Shown here: positions 17,603-26,622 of the stretch, in pieces
How the letters are laid out: each line of letters opens with the position of its first letter
Position numbering within the stretch: the first letter of the stretch is position 1
IMG/VR virus record: IMGVR_UViG_3300009661_000074
Location: 1 to 54,318 of that record
Source of the DNA: a virus
Lineage: Duplodnaviria > Caudoviricetes
DNA: 54,318 bases
Strand: one strand, 5' to 3'
The notes under the pieces: generated by a model
The model's input: the letters and a program-made list of their open reading frames with translations, nothing else
Told to the model about the DNA's origin: nothing
Database searches by the model: none
Translations under genes and position numbers: made by a program

Positions 17603-18362
17603 GCTCGACCTGATCGATGCTCTGTGCGTCACCGCCGAGGCGATGGGCACCACGCTCACACCGAACGCTGCCAAGACCATGGCCGACGACCTGGAACTGT
17701 TCAGTGTCAGCGATCTGGTCATCGCGCTGCAGTCCTGCCGCCGCGAACTGACGGGTCGCCTGACGCTGGCCGCAATCCTGCAGCGCGCGCAAGCCGCTGA
17801 TGGTCGTCCGGGCAAGGATGAGGCGTGGGCTATCGCTTTAACCTCAAGCGATGAATCAGACACCGTTGTGATGACCGATGAGATTCAGGTTGCTCTTGGC
17901 GCCGCGCGTCCGGTGTTGAACCTTGGCGACAAGGTTGGGGCCCGCATGGCCTTCATCGGCGCCTATGAGCGGCTTATCCAAGCAGCTCGTAACGAAGCTA
18001 TTCCGGTCAACTGGCATGTCTCTATCGGATTCGATGCCGGTCGCCGCATCGAGGCAATCAATGCGGCTGTGCAGATGAAGCGGATCCCTCAGGAGCGCGG
18101 GAAGTTATATCTGACTGATCTGAACATTGTTCCTGTCACCCAGGACGGCTTGGCAATTGCCGGACTTCTCAGCGGCAAGGCAGCCATGCCATCACCAGAC
18201 GTCCGTGAAAAGCTCAAGACGATCAGCGACAGCCTGAAGGTCAAGGCTCGTCAAAAAGAAGCCGTGCGTGCGCACCAATCCCGGCAGGTTCGAAAAGACT
18301 TGAACGACCGTATTAATCGCCAGCTCGAACTGGCCGCTGCCGCGCAGAAGAGGGCTTCTTGA
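17583..18362 (+). CDS. Replication protein at the P position (helicase-loader-like)
   Basis: Overlaps the end of the O-like gene; DGRPGKDEAW..GARMAF motifs. Confidence 0.65.
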   Translation: MLSSADKLDLIDALCVTAEAMGTTLTPNAAKTMADDLELFSVSDLVIALQSCRRELTGRLTLAAILQRAQAADGRPGKDEAWAIALTSSDESDTVVMTDEIQVALGAARPVLNLGDKVGARMAFIGAYERLIQAARNEAIPVNWHVSIGFDAGRRIEAINAAVQMKRIPQERGKLYLTDLNIVPVTQDGLAIAGLLSGKAAMPSPDVREKLKTISDSLKVKARQKEAVRAHQSRQVRKDLNDRINRQLELAAAAQKRAS

Positions 18363-18880
18363 TGGCTATTACCGAATCTCGCCTGCAACAGCTATTGGCT
18401 GGACAGTCATCAATTGCCCGAAAGGTATTCGTGCATGTGCCCATTCAAGAATGCTGGAGCGCTCACGATGTCCACGGAGCTGCCTTGGCTGCCAATGCCA
18501 CCACCGTGTCAGCGCACGCGATCCGCCGAGCGCTTTGCGAGCTGAAGGATGCCGGGATCATCCGTGAGCCGATAGGCGGGAAGTTCCAGCGCGATGCAAT
18601 CACCATAAAACTAAAGAGCCAGCAGCCCATGACGAAAGCAGTCACCGAAACAGTTGTCTCGATCAAGAAGCTGGAGGTCCAGGCGCTGGACGCACTGGCA
18701 GGGCTTTCTGCCGAAGTTATCGACTTGTCCAACGAAGTGGCTTCGCGGCTGAAAGCGCTTGCCTGTCGCATTGAGGAGGTTGCGCTCGGCGTTGAGGCTG
18801 AGCGTGAGGGTAATGCCCAGGCTTCAGCCAAATTGAAGCAGCTGCAAAGCCTGCTCAAGGATATCGGAGGTGCCGCGTAA
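18362..18880 (+). CDS. Hypothetical protein (wHTH-like N-terminus, coiled-coil C-terminus)
   Basis: Translationally coupled to the preceding gene. Confidence 0.7.
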   Translation: MAITESRLQQLLAGQSSIARKVFVHVPIQECWSAHDVHGAALAANATTVSAHAIRRALCELKDAGIIREPIGGKFQRDAITIKLKSQQPMTKAVTETVVSIKKLEVQALDALAGLSAEVIDLSNEVASRLKALACRIEEVALGVEAEREGNAQASAKLKQLQSLLKDIGGAA

Positions 18881-19092
18881 TGTTTGTGCCACATGACTCG
18901 ATGCTGCTCTGTCCCCAGTTGAGCGATTACCGGTTTGCGGTGTACTCCCGAGGACATCTGATGGACCTGACAACGACGCCGCAACAGCCGGTGGCGCTCT
19001 TTAGCAACGAGCGAATTGCCTGCTCCTACGGCGCACGTATGTGGCCAACCACGTTCACCGTCGTTGACCTGGGCGAGGTCCGCCACGCATGA
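18880..19092 (+). CDS. Hypothetical protein
   Basis: TAATG coupling; GGAGG RBS. Confidence 0.6.
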   Translation: MFVPHDSMLLCPQLSDYRFAVYSRGHLMDLTTTPQQPVALFSNERIACSYGARMWPTTFTVVDLGEVRHA

Positions 19093-19535
19093 CCAGTAAA
19101 CTATCCCGGGTATTGGTTGGTAACCGCGCAGCTCGCCCCAAGCCCTCCCGTGCCAAGCCGGTGGACCGTGAAGGCCTGGAGCAGGCTGCACTGATCAGCG
19201 AAATAGCATTCCGTTACCCGGTCGCTGCCAAATTGCTTTACCACGTCCCGAACGGCGGAAAGCGGCATGTGGTAGTCGCCAAGAAGCTCAAGGCTCAGGG
19301 CGTAAAGGCGGGCGTGCCTGATCTGGTGTTGCCTATGGCCAGGGGTGGGCATTTCGGGCTGTACATCGAATTCAAGGCCAAGCCGCCATTCGACGCCGAT
19401 GTGTCGGCCAGCCAGCACGCCTACATGCACCTTCTGATTGAGCAGGGCTATCTCGCCACCGTTTGCCGTGGATCCTTCGACGCTATGGAGGCGCTGCGGG
19501 CATACCTGCGACTGCCCCAGACGGTGGCCGCGTGA
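19089..19535 (+). CDS. VRR-NUC domain nuclease
   Basis: HVPNGG, GVKAGVPDL, IEFK, Q motif of the PD-(D/E)xK fold. Confidence 0.88.
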   Translation: MTSKLSRVLVGNRAARPKPSRAKPVDREGLEQAALISEIAFRYPVAAKLLYHVPNGGKRHVVVAKKLKAQGVKAGVPDLVLPMARGGHFGLYIEFKAKPPFDADVSASQHAYMHLLIEQGYLATVCRGSFDAMEALRAYLRLPQTVAA

Positions 19536-20824
19536 GTAAGACTCGAGCGGTAAAGTTCACCGATGCCGAGATTCGACGCCAGGCCGCAGATCCTGCCGTG
19601 CATGACCTGCGCGACCCTCGCCACCCTGGCCTGTATCTGCGCTTTAGCCAAGCTCGGCCTCGCGGGTCGTGGTATCTGGTGAAGGGCAAGGCCTGGACCC
19701 AGATCGCGCGGTTTCCCGAGTTGGGTGCGTCTACCGTGTTGGCGGAACTGCCTGCCCTGCGTCAGCGCCTATTGCGTGACCCCAGCGCAATCGTCGCTCT
19801 GGGCGGCCTGGCCACGGTAGGTCAATTGTTGGACTGGTATGGCGACCGTATGGCGCGTGATCGGTCTCTGTCTGCCAAGCGCAAGAGCGGTGCAAAGTCG
19901 GCCATCGCCTGTCACCTCAAGCCACGGCTGGCCGAGCTGCCAATCCGTGACGTTTCGGCGCCGGAACTGGACAAGCTGCTGATGTGGCCAGCCCAGGAGA
20001 TTTTGTCGCTGTCCTACGTGCGGCAGTTGTTCGGCCTGTTGGTCGTCGCGTTCCGCCAGGCTCACAAGCTGGGGCTTATCGACGGCAACCCTATGGCAGG
20101 GTTGAAATTCGTGGACTTCACGAAAGCCAAAATCATGCCCAAGGCAGCCCGGCTTCGCGGTGTGCACCTGGTCAATCTTGTGCCCATGCTGGCCGGGCTG
20201 TTCGAAACCGCGCCGGCTGAAGCCATGTTGGCCCTGATGATGCTGTGTCACGGCACCCGGGTGGGGGAGACCCGCCTATCCCGGTGGCCGGACATTACCT
20301 TGGCAGATGCTGAGTGGTTCATCCCTGCCGAGAACACCAAGACCCGGACCGAACACCGCCTGCCATTGACTGCCCAGGTGCAGGCCCTGCTGCGCCGGTA
20401 CCGAGCCATTCAGGTTGCCCAGGGTTATGAGGGCACCTACCTGTTCCCGTCACGCCGGGGACGGGCATTGACCGAGGGTCAGGCTAGTGCCGTGTTTACG
20501 CGGATGGGGAAGGGGGAATGGACCAGCCACGACCTGCGCAAAGTCGCCCGTACCGCTTGGACTGACCTGGGCATCGATGGGCACATCGGCGAGATGCTGC
20601 TGAACCATTCGCTGGGCAAGATCGCATCGACGTACATCAATACCCAGGCTCGGGCACAGCGCCTGATCGCCTTAGAAAAGTGGCATCACCTGTTAGATGC
20701 GCGTGGCTTTAAGAAGATTCACAACCTGACAGACGCCCAATACGAAGAATCGGATAAACCAGCGCAGCCCGCTAAAGACGTGGCCTGCGAGGTAATTTCT
20801 AACATTGTTAATGGCGAGGTTTAA
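19532..20824 (+). CDS. Second tyrosine recombinase (nin-region)
   Basis: HGTRVGE, NTKT, HDLRK, LLNH, TY catalytic set; GTGA overlap with VRR-NUC. Confidence 0.88.
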   Translation: MSKTRAVKFTDAEIRRQAADPAVHDLRDPRHPGLYLRFSQARPRGSWYLVKGKAWTQIARFPELGASTVLAELPALRQRLLRDPSAIVALGGLATVGQLLDWYGDRMARDRSLSAKRKSGAKSAIACHLKPRLAELPIRDVSAPELDKLLMWPAQEILSLSYVRQLFGLLVVAFRQAHKLGLIDGNPMAGLKFVDFTKAKIMPKAARLRGVHLVNLVPMLAGLFETAPAEAMLALMMLCHGTRVGETRLSRWPDITLADAEWFIPAENTKTRTEHRLPLTAQVQALLRRYRAIQVAQGYEGTYLFPSRRGRALTEGQASAVFTRMGKGEWTSHDLRKVARTAWTDLGIDGHIGEMLLNHSLGKIASTYINTQARAQRLIALEKWHHLLDARGFKKIHNLTDAQYEESDKPAQPAKDVACEVISNIVNGEV

Positions 20825-20828
20825 AAAC

Positions 20829-21143
20829 GTGAAAAAGAGCCACGGACCCGCCTTCAGGAAGCAACTGATCGAGCTGTCCGCCTGCCCAACCTGCCGGGGC
20901 AGCGGTTTCACGAAGGGGCTTTTTCATCAGCTGGAGTGCAGCCACTGCCATGCATCCGGCTGGGTAGCCGCCGAGTCAGGTGAGCCGCTTTCGCTGCCTG
21001 ACCTGGTGCTGCAACTCGGGCTCAGATTGAAAGCAGCAGACCAGATGATTGCGTCTCTCCGGCGCCCAGCGGGTGGTGCGGACCAGCAATACATGCAGAA
21101 CAACCGTCGCGGTGCCGGCGGATCGAACCACACCGGCGATTGA
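20829..21143 (+). CDS. Zinc-finger protein (CxxCxGxG-type)
   Basis: CPTCRGSG..CSHCHASG; likely GTG start at 20829. Confidence 0.7.
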   Translation: MKKSHGPAFRKQLIELSACPTCRGSGFTKGLFHQLECSHCHASGWVAAESGEPLSLPDLVLQLGLRLKAADQMIASLRRPAGGADQQYMQNNRRGAGGSNHTGD

Positions 21144-21176
21144 CCGGTAAGAAATCTTGATCGGGGAGAGCAGCAC

Positions 21177-21863
21177 ATGAAGTTGATAGGGGCTCGTCAG
21201 GCCTGGACCGACTCGCAGCATGAGTCAGGAACCTCAATCTCGGCTGTAGCCATTGAGACCGCGAAAAACGGCATTAAAAAAAGCAAAACCCGAATCCAAA
21301 AGCGCGATGCCTTTTTCCCAGCCATGGGTACCGAAGAAAATGAGAGGGAAGGTCGCTTTCCAGTTTTGGGTCAACGCATCAGCATCAGCGAGACTCGCCA
21401 GAGTGCCGCCGGGCGATCCACTGACCGTGCTGCGCATCTGGCGATGATGGGAAAGTTTCAGCGTGCGATCGCCACGCTACCTTTCCAGGTTCAGCAGTTC
21501 GGGCACTTCATGTACTCACCCATCCCGAACATGCGCTACGTGCTGAATGCTGTGCTGCTGATATTCACCAAGGCCGAACTGTCTGAGCTGACACCACTGA
21601 AGCGTGCGCGGGCCTTTTACCTGGTGACTGCCGCTTTGCAATCCTTCAAAGCCGAGGTCACTGGTGCTTGTGAATGGGGGCCGGCGCGGGTCGCGGCGGA
21701 GGTCGAAGAGTTTTATGGGGTGGTGATCGACGTCAACAACTGGAATAGGGATTGGCGTACCACCTGGAATTTGCTGAAAGCCACCATTAAGGAAGTCGAT
21801 ATCGATGCGCAATCACCACTTTGGCAGGTGATTCACTCGGAAAAATCGGAAGGGGCAGCATAA
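21177..21863 (+). CDS. Putative late antiterminator (Q-like)
   Basis: Last early gene, directly before a sigma70 promoter, terminator and holin; function inferred from position. Confidence 0.6.
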   Translation: MKLIGARQAWTDSQHESGTSISAVAIETAKNGIKKSKTRIQKRDAFFPAMGTEENEREGRFPVLGQRISISETRQSAAGRSTDRAAHLAMMGKFQRAIATLPFQVQQFGHFMYSPIPNMRYVLNAVLLIFTKAELSELTPLKRARAFYLVTAALQSFKAEVTGACEWGPARVAAEVEEFYGVVIDVNNWNRDWRTTWNLLKATIKEVDIDAQSPLWQVIHSEKSEGAA

Positions 21864-21867
21864 AATC

Positions 21868-21896
21868 TTGCATTGAATGGAAAACCACGTTACATT
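21868..21896 (+). promoter_or_regulatory. Late promoter, pR'-like
   Basis: TTGCAT-17 nt-TACATT. Confidence 0.7.
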
Positions 21897-21935
21897 TTCC
21901 ATAGTGCACAAGTTACAACCGATGCACACAAGCAT

Positions 21936-21967
21936 TTAAACCCGGCCAGCGCGCCGGGTTTTTTATT
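21936..21967 (+). terminator. tR'-like terminator
   Basis: AAACCCGGC..GCCGGGTTTTTT. Confidence 0.8.
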
Positions 21968-22014
21968 CTCGGCAGTCATGGCACAGTCATCCTAATTTCA
22001 AGGGAGTGATGTGT

Positions 22015-22386
22015 ATGGAAATGTGGGAGCTGGCTAAGCGAATTCTGGCTTCGGCCAACGAGGGGCAATCGTTTACTCCATCCCTTGCGGGATCTGCATA
22101 CCGCAGAGTGCTCGAAAGTTCTGGACAGACAGACCTTCCGCCATTGGAAGACTTTCATAACTGGGCGGAGACGCTGGCAGCACAAATGCAGTTCGTTGGT
22201 CTGCTTGAGAAAGCTTCAACGCCAATTCGTGGCAGTAGAATCCTAGGAGTTGTTCGTAGAACCGAGTTCGGTGATGAGCTTTACGATGCTCTGCAAGGTC
22301 AAAACGTGGTCTTACTCTTCCAGTCAATGCAGGCGACGATTGATGCTGGAGAAATACGTAGAATTTTGCATCAGCTAGAAGCTTGA
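22015..22386 (+). CDS. Hypothetical moron protein (possible wHTH)
   Basis: AGGGAG RBS; lies between two near-identical terminators. Confidence 0.65.
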   Translation: MEMWELAKRILASANEGQSFTPSLAGSAYRRVLESSGQTDLPPLEDFHNWAETLAAQMQFVGLLEKASTPIRGSRILGVVRRTEFGDELYDALQGQNVVLLFQSMQATIDAGEIRRILHQLEA

Positions 22387-22399
22387 GTTCTCGTACTTG

Positions 22400-22430
22400 T
22401 TAAACCCGGCCTGGCGCCGGGTTTTTTATT
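22400..22430 (+). terminator. Terminator, near copy of 21936-21967
   Basis: TTAAACCCGGCC..CGCCGGGTTTTTTATT. Confidence 0.8.
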
Positions 22431-22654
22431 GCCCAAATGCAGGTAATCGCGCAGGCAGCTGCGCTAAGTCGGTAGTGGCATCGCCTATATCCCGTGCGGA
22501 CCCTGGGCGTTTACGCGATGAGAAGGCGGGGTACGTGACCCAGCGAGCCGCCTCACCAGAGCTGGATATTTGCACCAGCCACCTGCGCCCATTCCAAGGC
22601 TCGCCACATCGGCGGGCCTTTTTCATTTCTGCTCCCTGAGAGGGAGGACTTTGG

Positions 22655-22978
22655 ATGCCGCACATGCCTGAAAAAGATCCGTCCTTTTGGGCATTTGTCC
22701 TGAGTGCTCTCCGGGATAACGGCCTGGCCATGGCACTGACTGTGGCGTTGACCTGGCTGCGCATTCAGTACGATGGCAAGAGGCCCAGCCCGATCCGCCA
22801 GCTCATCGAAGCAGCACTTGGCGCGTTGATCGTCATGGTTGTCGGACTGACCGTCAAAGAGCTTGGGCTCAGCATCGGCTGGTCGTTCTTCGCATCAGGT
22901 TTCATCGGCGTCCTGGGCGTGGATTACGCCCGCCAATTTGGTCAGCGCTGGGCCGAGCGCAAGGCAGATTCCCTATGA
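22655..22978 (+). CDS. Holin, lambda S family
   Basis: MPEKDP..W N-terminus, three hydrophobic segments, GFIGVLGVD. Confidence 0.88.
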   Translation: MPHMPEKDPSFWAFVLSALRDNGLAMALTVALTWLRIQYDGKRPSPIRQLIEAALGALIVMVVGLTVKELGLSIGWSFFASGFIGVLGVDYARQFGQRWAERKADSL

Positions 22979-23190
22979 AGTTGATCGACGACGTGGGTCA
23001 GTGCCACCGACTCTGGTCTGTTCGCCTGGCACTGGCCGGCGCGGTATTGAACGCCGGTGCAATCGGTTGGACGGTGTTCCAAGGCGCCGTGAATCCGATG
23101 CTGTACGCCTCGATCAATATGGCGTTGGGCATTGGTGTAGCCGTCGTTCGCGTTCTGTCGCAAACCCCGCCCGATGGTGGACCGCAATGA
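22975..23190 (+). CDS. Small two-TM membrane protein (holin/antiholin-like)
   Basis: WSVRLA..RVLSQ; ATGA-coupled to the holin. Confidence 0.65.
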   Translation: MKLIDDVGQCHRLWSVRLALAGAVLNAGAIGWTVFQGAVNPMLYASINMALGIGVAVVRVLSQTPPDGGPQ

Positions 23191-23528
23191 ATCTCCTGAA
23201 AACATTCCTCGCATGGATTGCGAACACCTTCACCCGCACTCCTATAGAGGAAACGAAAATGCCTGATGACCTGATTCAGTCCGGTGTTGTAGCCGATACC
23301 GCCCTGATTGCTGCCGACGTGCCAGCAATTCCTGCGGCCCCGATCCTGCCAACCCCTGCTGCCGCCGATACTCCAGCTGTGGCCGCAGCTCCGGCTGTTG
23401 TTGCAACGCCTGCTGCAGCCGTTGCGCCGGTTAACACCGACATCTTGAAAGCTCTGCTCCTGACGTTGGGTCATGACATTGAAGCCGAATGGGACCACTT
23501 GGTTGCTCTCGCCAAGAAAACCCTATGA
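23187..23528 (+). CDS. Ala/Pro-rich hypothetical protein (alternative start 23259)
   Basis: ATGA coupling; second RBS before MPDD. Confidence 0.6.
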   Translation: MNLLKTFLAWIANTFTRTPIEETKMPDDLIQSGVVADTALIAADVPAIPAAPILPTPAAADTPAVAAAPAVVATPAAAVAPVNTDILKALLLTLGHDIEAEWDHLVALAKKTL

Positions 23529-23542
23529 AGGAGGCTCATGAT

Positions 23543-23770
23543 ATGGCCAAGACCGAAACAGCAGCCCCAACCGACAGCTCATCTTGCGGGCTGATTGCTG
23601 GCTCATCCATAGCGGGGCCGGACGTGGTCGAATCTACCCTGTCCGAAGTACTGGTTTCGCGTTTGGCCTCGTGTTCAGTCGCGCACTTGCAGTCTGAGGC
23701 AACAGCCTGCGCCGAGGCAGTCAAGGCAGCTTTTGAAACGCTGCGCGCAAAGCCTGCAGAAGCGGAGTAA
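23543..23770 (+). CDS. Hypothetical protein
   Basis: AAGGAGG RBS; start could be 23525. Confidence 0.55.
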   Translation: MAKTETAAPTDSSSCGLIAGSSIAGPDVVESTLSEVLVSRLASCSVAHLQSEATACAEAVKAAFETLRAKPAEAE

Positions 23771-23773
23771 CAA

Positions 23774-24439
23774 ATGGCGAGCCCAATCGATCTTTCAGTG
23801 CGTTCCAACGTCAAAGAGTTGTCCAAGAAGTTATCCGCTCTGGCTTACAAACAGATTGGGTTCGCCACGGCTCAGGCTTTGACGGCCATCGCCAAACAGG
23901 TGCAGGCCGATGAAACCCGCAACATCGCTCACACGTTCAAGAAGCCTAAACCGTTCACTCAGAATTCAGTGGGTGTAAGGGGCGCTCGCAAAGACAACCT
24001 GGTAGCGACGGTGTTTGTTCGTCCGATCGCTGCCAAATACCTCGCGCCTTATGAAGACGGCGGTGTGCATTTCCTGTCTGGTCGTGCGCTGTTGAACCCC
24101 AAGAACCTGAAACTGAATGCTTACGGGCAGTTGCCTCGTGGTGTGCTGGCTCGACTCAAAGCGCGCAAAGACATTTTCATTGGGCCGGTGAAAACCAAAG
24201 CCGGCTCAGTCAATGGCGTTTGGCAGCGCATACCGCCAAAGGATGGCAAGGCTGCAAGAAGAGGGCGTGCAGCAGTCGCGGCACAGCCTGGGCACCTGAA
24301 GTTGTTGATTCGTTTCGGTGATGCGATCCAGGTGAACAAGCGGCTCAACTACCGCAGTCGGGCGATGGCGGTGGTTGAGCGTGGGTTCGCAGCCGCGTTC
24401 CGTGAGTCGTTAGGCAGGGCGCTGGAAACTGCCAAATAG
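23774..24439 (+). CDS. Basic phage late protein, gpZ/tail-completion-like
   Basis: KQIGFATAQALTAIA..FKKPKPFT; very basic; family assignment tentative. Confidence 0.6.
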   Translation: MASPIDLSVRSNVKELSKKLSALAYKQIGFATAQALTAIAKQVQADETRNIAHTFKKPKPFTQNSVGVRGARKDNLVATVFVRPIAAKYLAPYEDGGVHFLSGRALLNPKNLKLNAYGQLPRGVLARLKARKDIFIGPVKTKAGSVNGVWQRIPPKDGKAARRGRAAVAAQPGHLKLLIRFGDAIQVNKRLNYRSRAMAVVERGFAAAFRESLGRALETAK

Positions 24440-24649
24440 AACGGATGAATTCCACTATTTGCCAATGATCGGTCTGTACTGTCCGACCCAAAGCGGTCTT
24501 TAGAATACATCTGACTTCTAAACGGGGTCTGCGTTTTTACATGGTCTGGGCCTATTGCTGCCGGCCGCAAACTGACTTGGGCGACCCTAAACAGGACTAT
24601 AGGGAGAGGCTGAAAAAACCCATTTTTTCACCAGAATTGCGTACAGAAC

Positions 24650-25651
24650 CTAAAGATTAAAAAATTGGTTTCTGCCCCGTTTTTTTGCTATGTAGAGAGC
24701 TTTATCGGCTCGGGCTAGTAGTACGTTATACGGGTGCAGTGGACCAAATGTATGTACTGAAAAACCAACGCTTATAGTTAAGTATCCCGTGCTGGAAGCT
24801 GCGTGCGGTATTCTCAAGTTACGTACTAGTTGGCATAAGTTTTCGACGTGCCGAGCTGATTGGTCTTTCGTCATGCCGCTGGAAAGAATTACAAACTCTT
24901 CACCCCCATACCTGGCTGCAAAATCAGAGCCTCGCTGGAAAGACTTATTCAAACTATCAGCAACACGTATTAATGCTTCGTCGCCAGCTTGATGTCCATA
25001 AATATCATTGAATGACTTGAAGTTATCAACATCAATCATGGCAAGAGTCAATGAGTCGCTGTTGCGGCATGCAATTTTACATTGAATTTCGAACTGTGTA
25101 TCAAAAAAGCGACGATTGTAAATTCTTGTCAGTCCATCTTTTATGGATAGTTGTTCGAAGTGTACTTTCATTTCCTCTAGGGATTGATGCTCATCGCGAA
25201 GTTGCTGTTGTATTAGCATGCGAGATGTTACATCTTTTTGTATGCCTAAAAAATTGGTTACAGCTCCATTTTCATCATGAATTGGAGATATGCTTAGCTC
25301 ATTCCAAAACATCGTTCCATCCTTGCGATAGTTTCGCAAGGTTACGAGGCAATACTCACCTTTTTTTATGGCGTTGTGAACAATTTCAAGTTCAGGCTGT
25401 TCTTGATCGTTTTTTTGTAGGTATCGACAATTAATGTTAGTGCTTTCTTCAAACGAGTAACCGGTCATGCGCTCAAAAGCAGGATTTACAAATATCAGCG
25501 GATTGTCGTCAATACAATTATCGGAGATGGTGATGCCATCTCGCGAATCCATAACTGCCTGTTTGAGAATTTCAATCTTCATACAAATTCCGTTAGTAGG
25601 ATTGAATTGAGGAGCGCTGCTTTGAAACGGTATGATCTCTAGGTAGTGCAT
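24650..25651 (-). CDS. LOV-type PAS + GGDEF diguanylate cyclase (moron; alternative start 25582)
   Basis: NPLIFVNPAF..TGY..NCRYLQ..NYRKDG..FWN..GIQKDVT; DGLT..NRR, IDVDNFK..ND..GH..GD, RGSD I-site, RYGGEEF, ADKALY. Confidence 0.93.
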   Translation of the reverse strand: MHYLEIIPFQSSAPQFNPTNGICMKIEILKQAVMDSRDGITISDNCIDDNPLIFVNPAFERMTGYSFEESTNINCRYLQKNDQEQPELEIVHNAIKKGEYCLVTLRNYRKDGTMFWNELSISPIHDENGAVTNFLGIQKDVTSRMLIQQQLRDEHQSLEEMKVHFEQLSIKDGLTRIYNRRFFDTQFEIQCKIACRNSDSLTLAMIDVDNFKSFNDIYGHQAGDEALIRVADSLNKSFQRGSDFAARYGGEEFVILSSGMTKDQSARHVENLCQLVRNLRIPHAASSTGYLTISVGFSVHTFGPLHPYNVLLARADKALYIAKKRGRNQFFNL

Positions 25652-26082
25652 TTAATTAATTTGCTTAATGTATAAGTGTAGTCGTTGAGAGAATAAAATG
25701 TTTTTTTATGCTTTCGATAGCCGTTGCGATTAATTCCAGTCAAAAGCTCCGCAGAAATAGCCTTGGCTGCCTGATTGCGTCAGAAATCACCGGCATTAGG
25801 GCACAAGTATTAAAGGCTTAACTGGCCACTTTTTTTTCGCGCGACCGCTTGGTGACCGGCAGCTTTTGGCCGATTTCTGTCAGTCGTGTCTAGCGTGCTT
25901 ATTGAATCAAATGTAAAGGCTGGTCTCAGCCTATCCGCCAGGTGACCTTCTTGGGGGCAACCGTGCAGCCTCGCTACCAGAAGGCCATGGGTCCCTCCGC
26001 GCCCTTCTGGCACCGAGGGCATTGCGCGCCGTGCTGCTTCACTAGCTAAAAAAAATTGAAATTTGGGTAACGGGGGTAACGA

Positions 26083-26622
26083 ATGACGATCGTCTCCCAA
26101 GCCGAATACGCTCGCCTGCGCGGCGTCAGCAAAAAGACCGTGACCCAATGGAAACGGGATGGAAAGCTGGTTTTGGGTGATGGCGGCGTCGATGTCGAGG
26201 CGTCCGATGCGTACCTGAAAAAGTACCGCGCAGCCGGTTTAAAAGGTAACGATCAGGGTAACGGGGGTAACGCGTTACCTGCAGCGCTCGAATTGGAAAC
26301 GCTCGAGCAAACGGCGTTCCGAATCCTTGCGACCCAGGGCGCTGATATGTCGCTCGAGGAAGCGAAGCGCGTAAAAGAAAACTACCTGGCCCTGCTTAAC
26401 CAGCTTGAGTACGACCAAAAATCAGGGGCTGTTGTGCTGGTCGCCGACGTTGCTGCTGCCGTGGGGCTTGAGTATTCAAAGGTACGCACGCGGCTTCTCG
26501 CCATACCTGCCGAGCAGGCGCCGCGTATCCATCGCCTGAAAACTGTGACCGAGGTCCAAGACGTCCTTCAGGAACTAATCACCGAGGCCCTTGAGGAAAT
26601 GATCAGCGATGGAGGCGACTAG
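26083..26622 (+). CDS. terS: Terminase small subunit (Nu1-like)
   Basis: N-terminal HTH SQAEYARLRGVSKKTV; overlaps terL start. Confidence 0.82.
   Translation: MTIVSQAEYARLRGVSKKTVTQWKRDGKLVLGDGGVDVEASDAYLKKYRAAGLKGNDQGNGGNALPAALELETLEQTAFRILATQGADMSLEEAKRVKENYLALLNQLEYDQKSGAVVLVADVAAAVGLEYSKVRTRLLAIPAEQAPRIHRLKTVTEVQDVLQELITEALEEMISDGGD

Noticed and set aside
22439-22586. tRNA before the holin
   Set aside because: No TTCGA T-loop or CCA and too long; kept only as a candidate structured RNA
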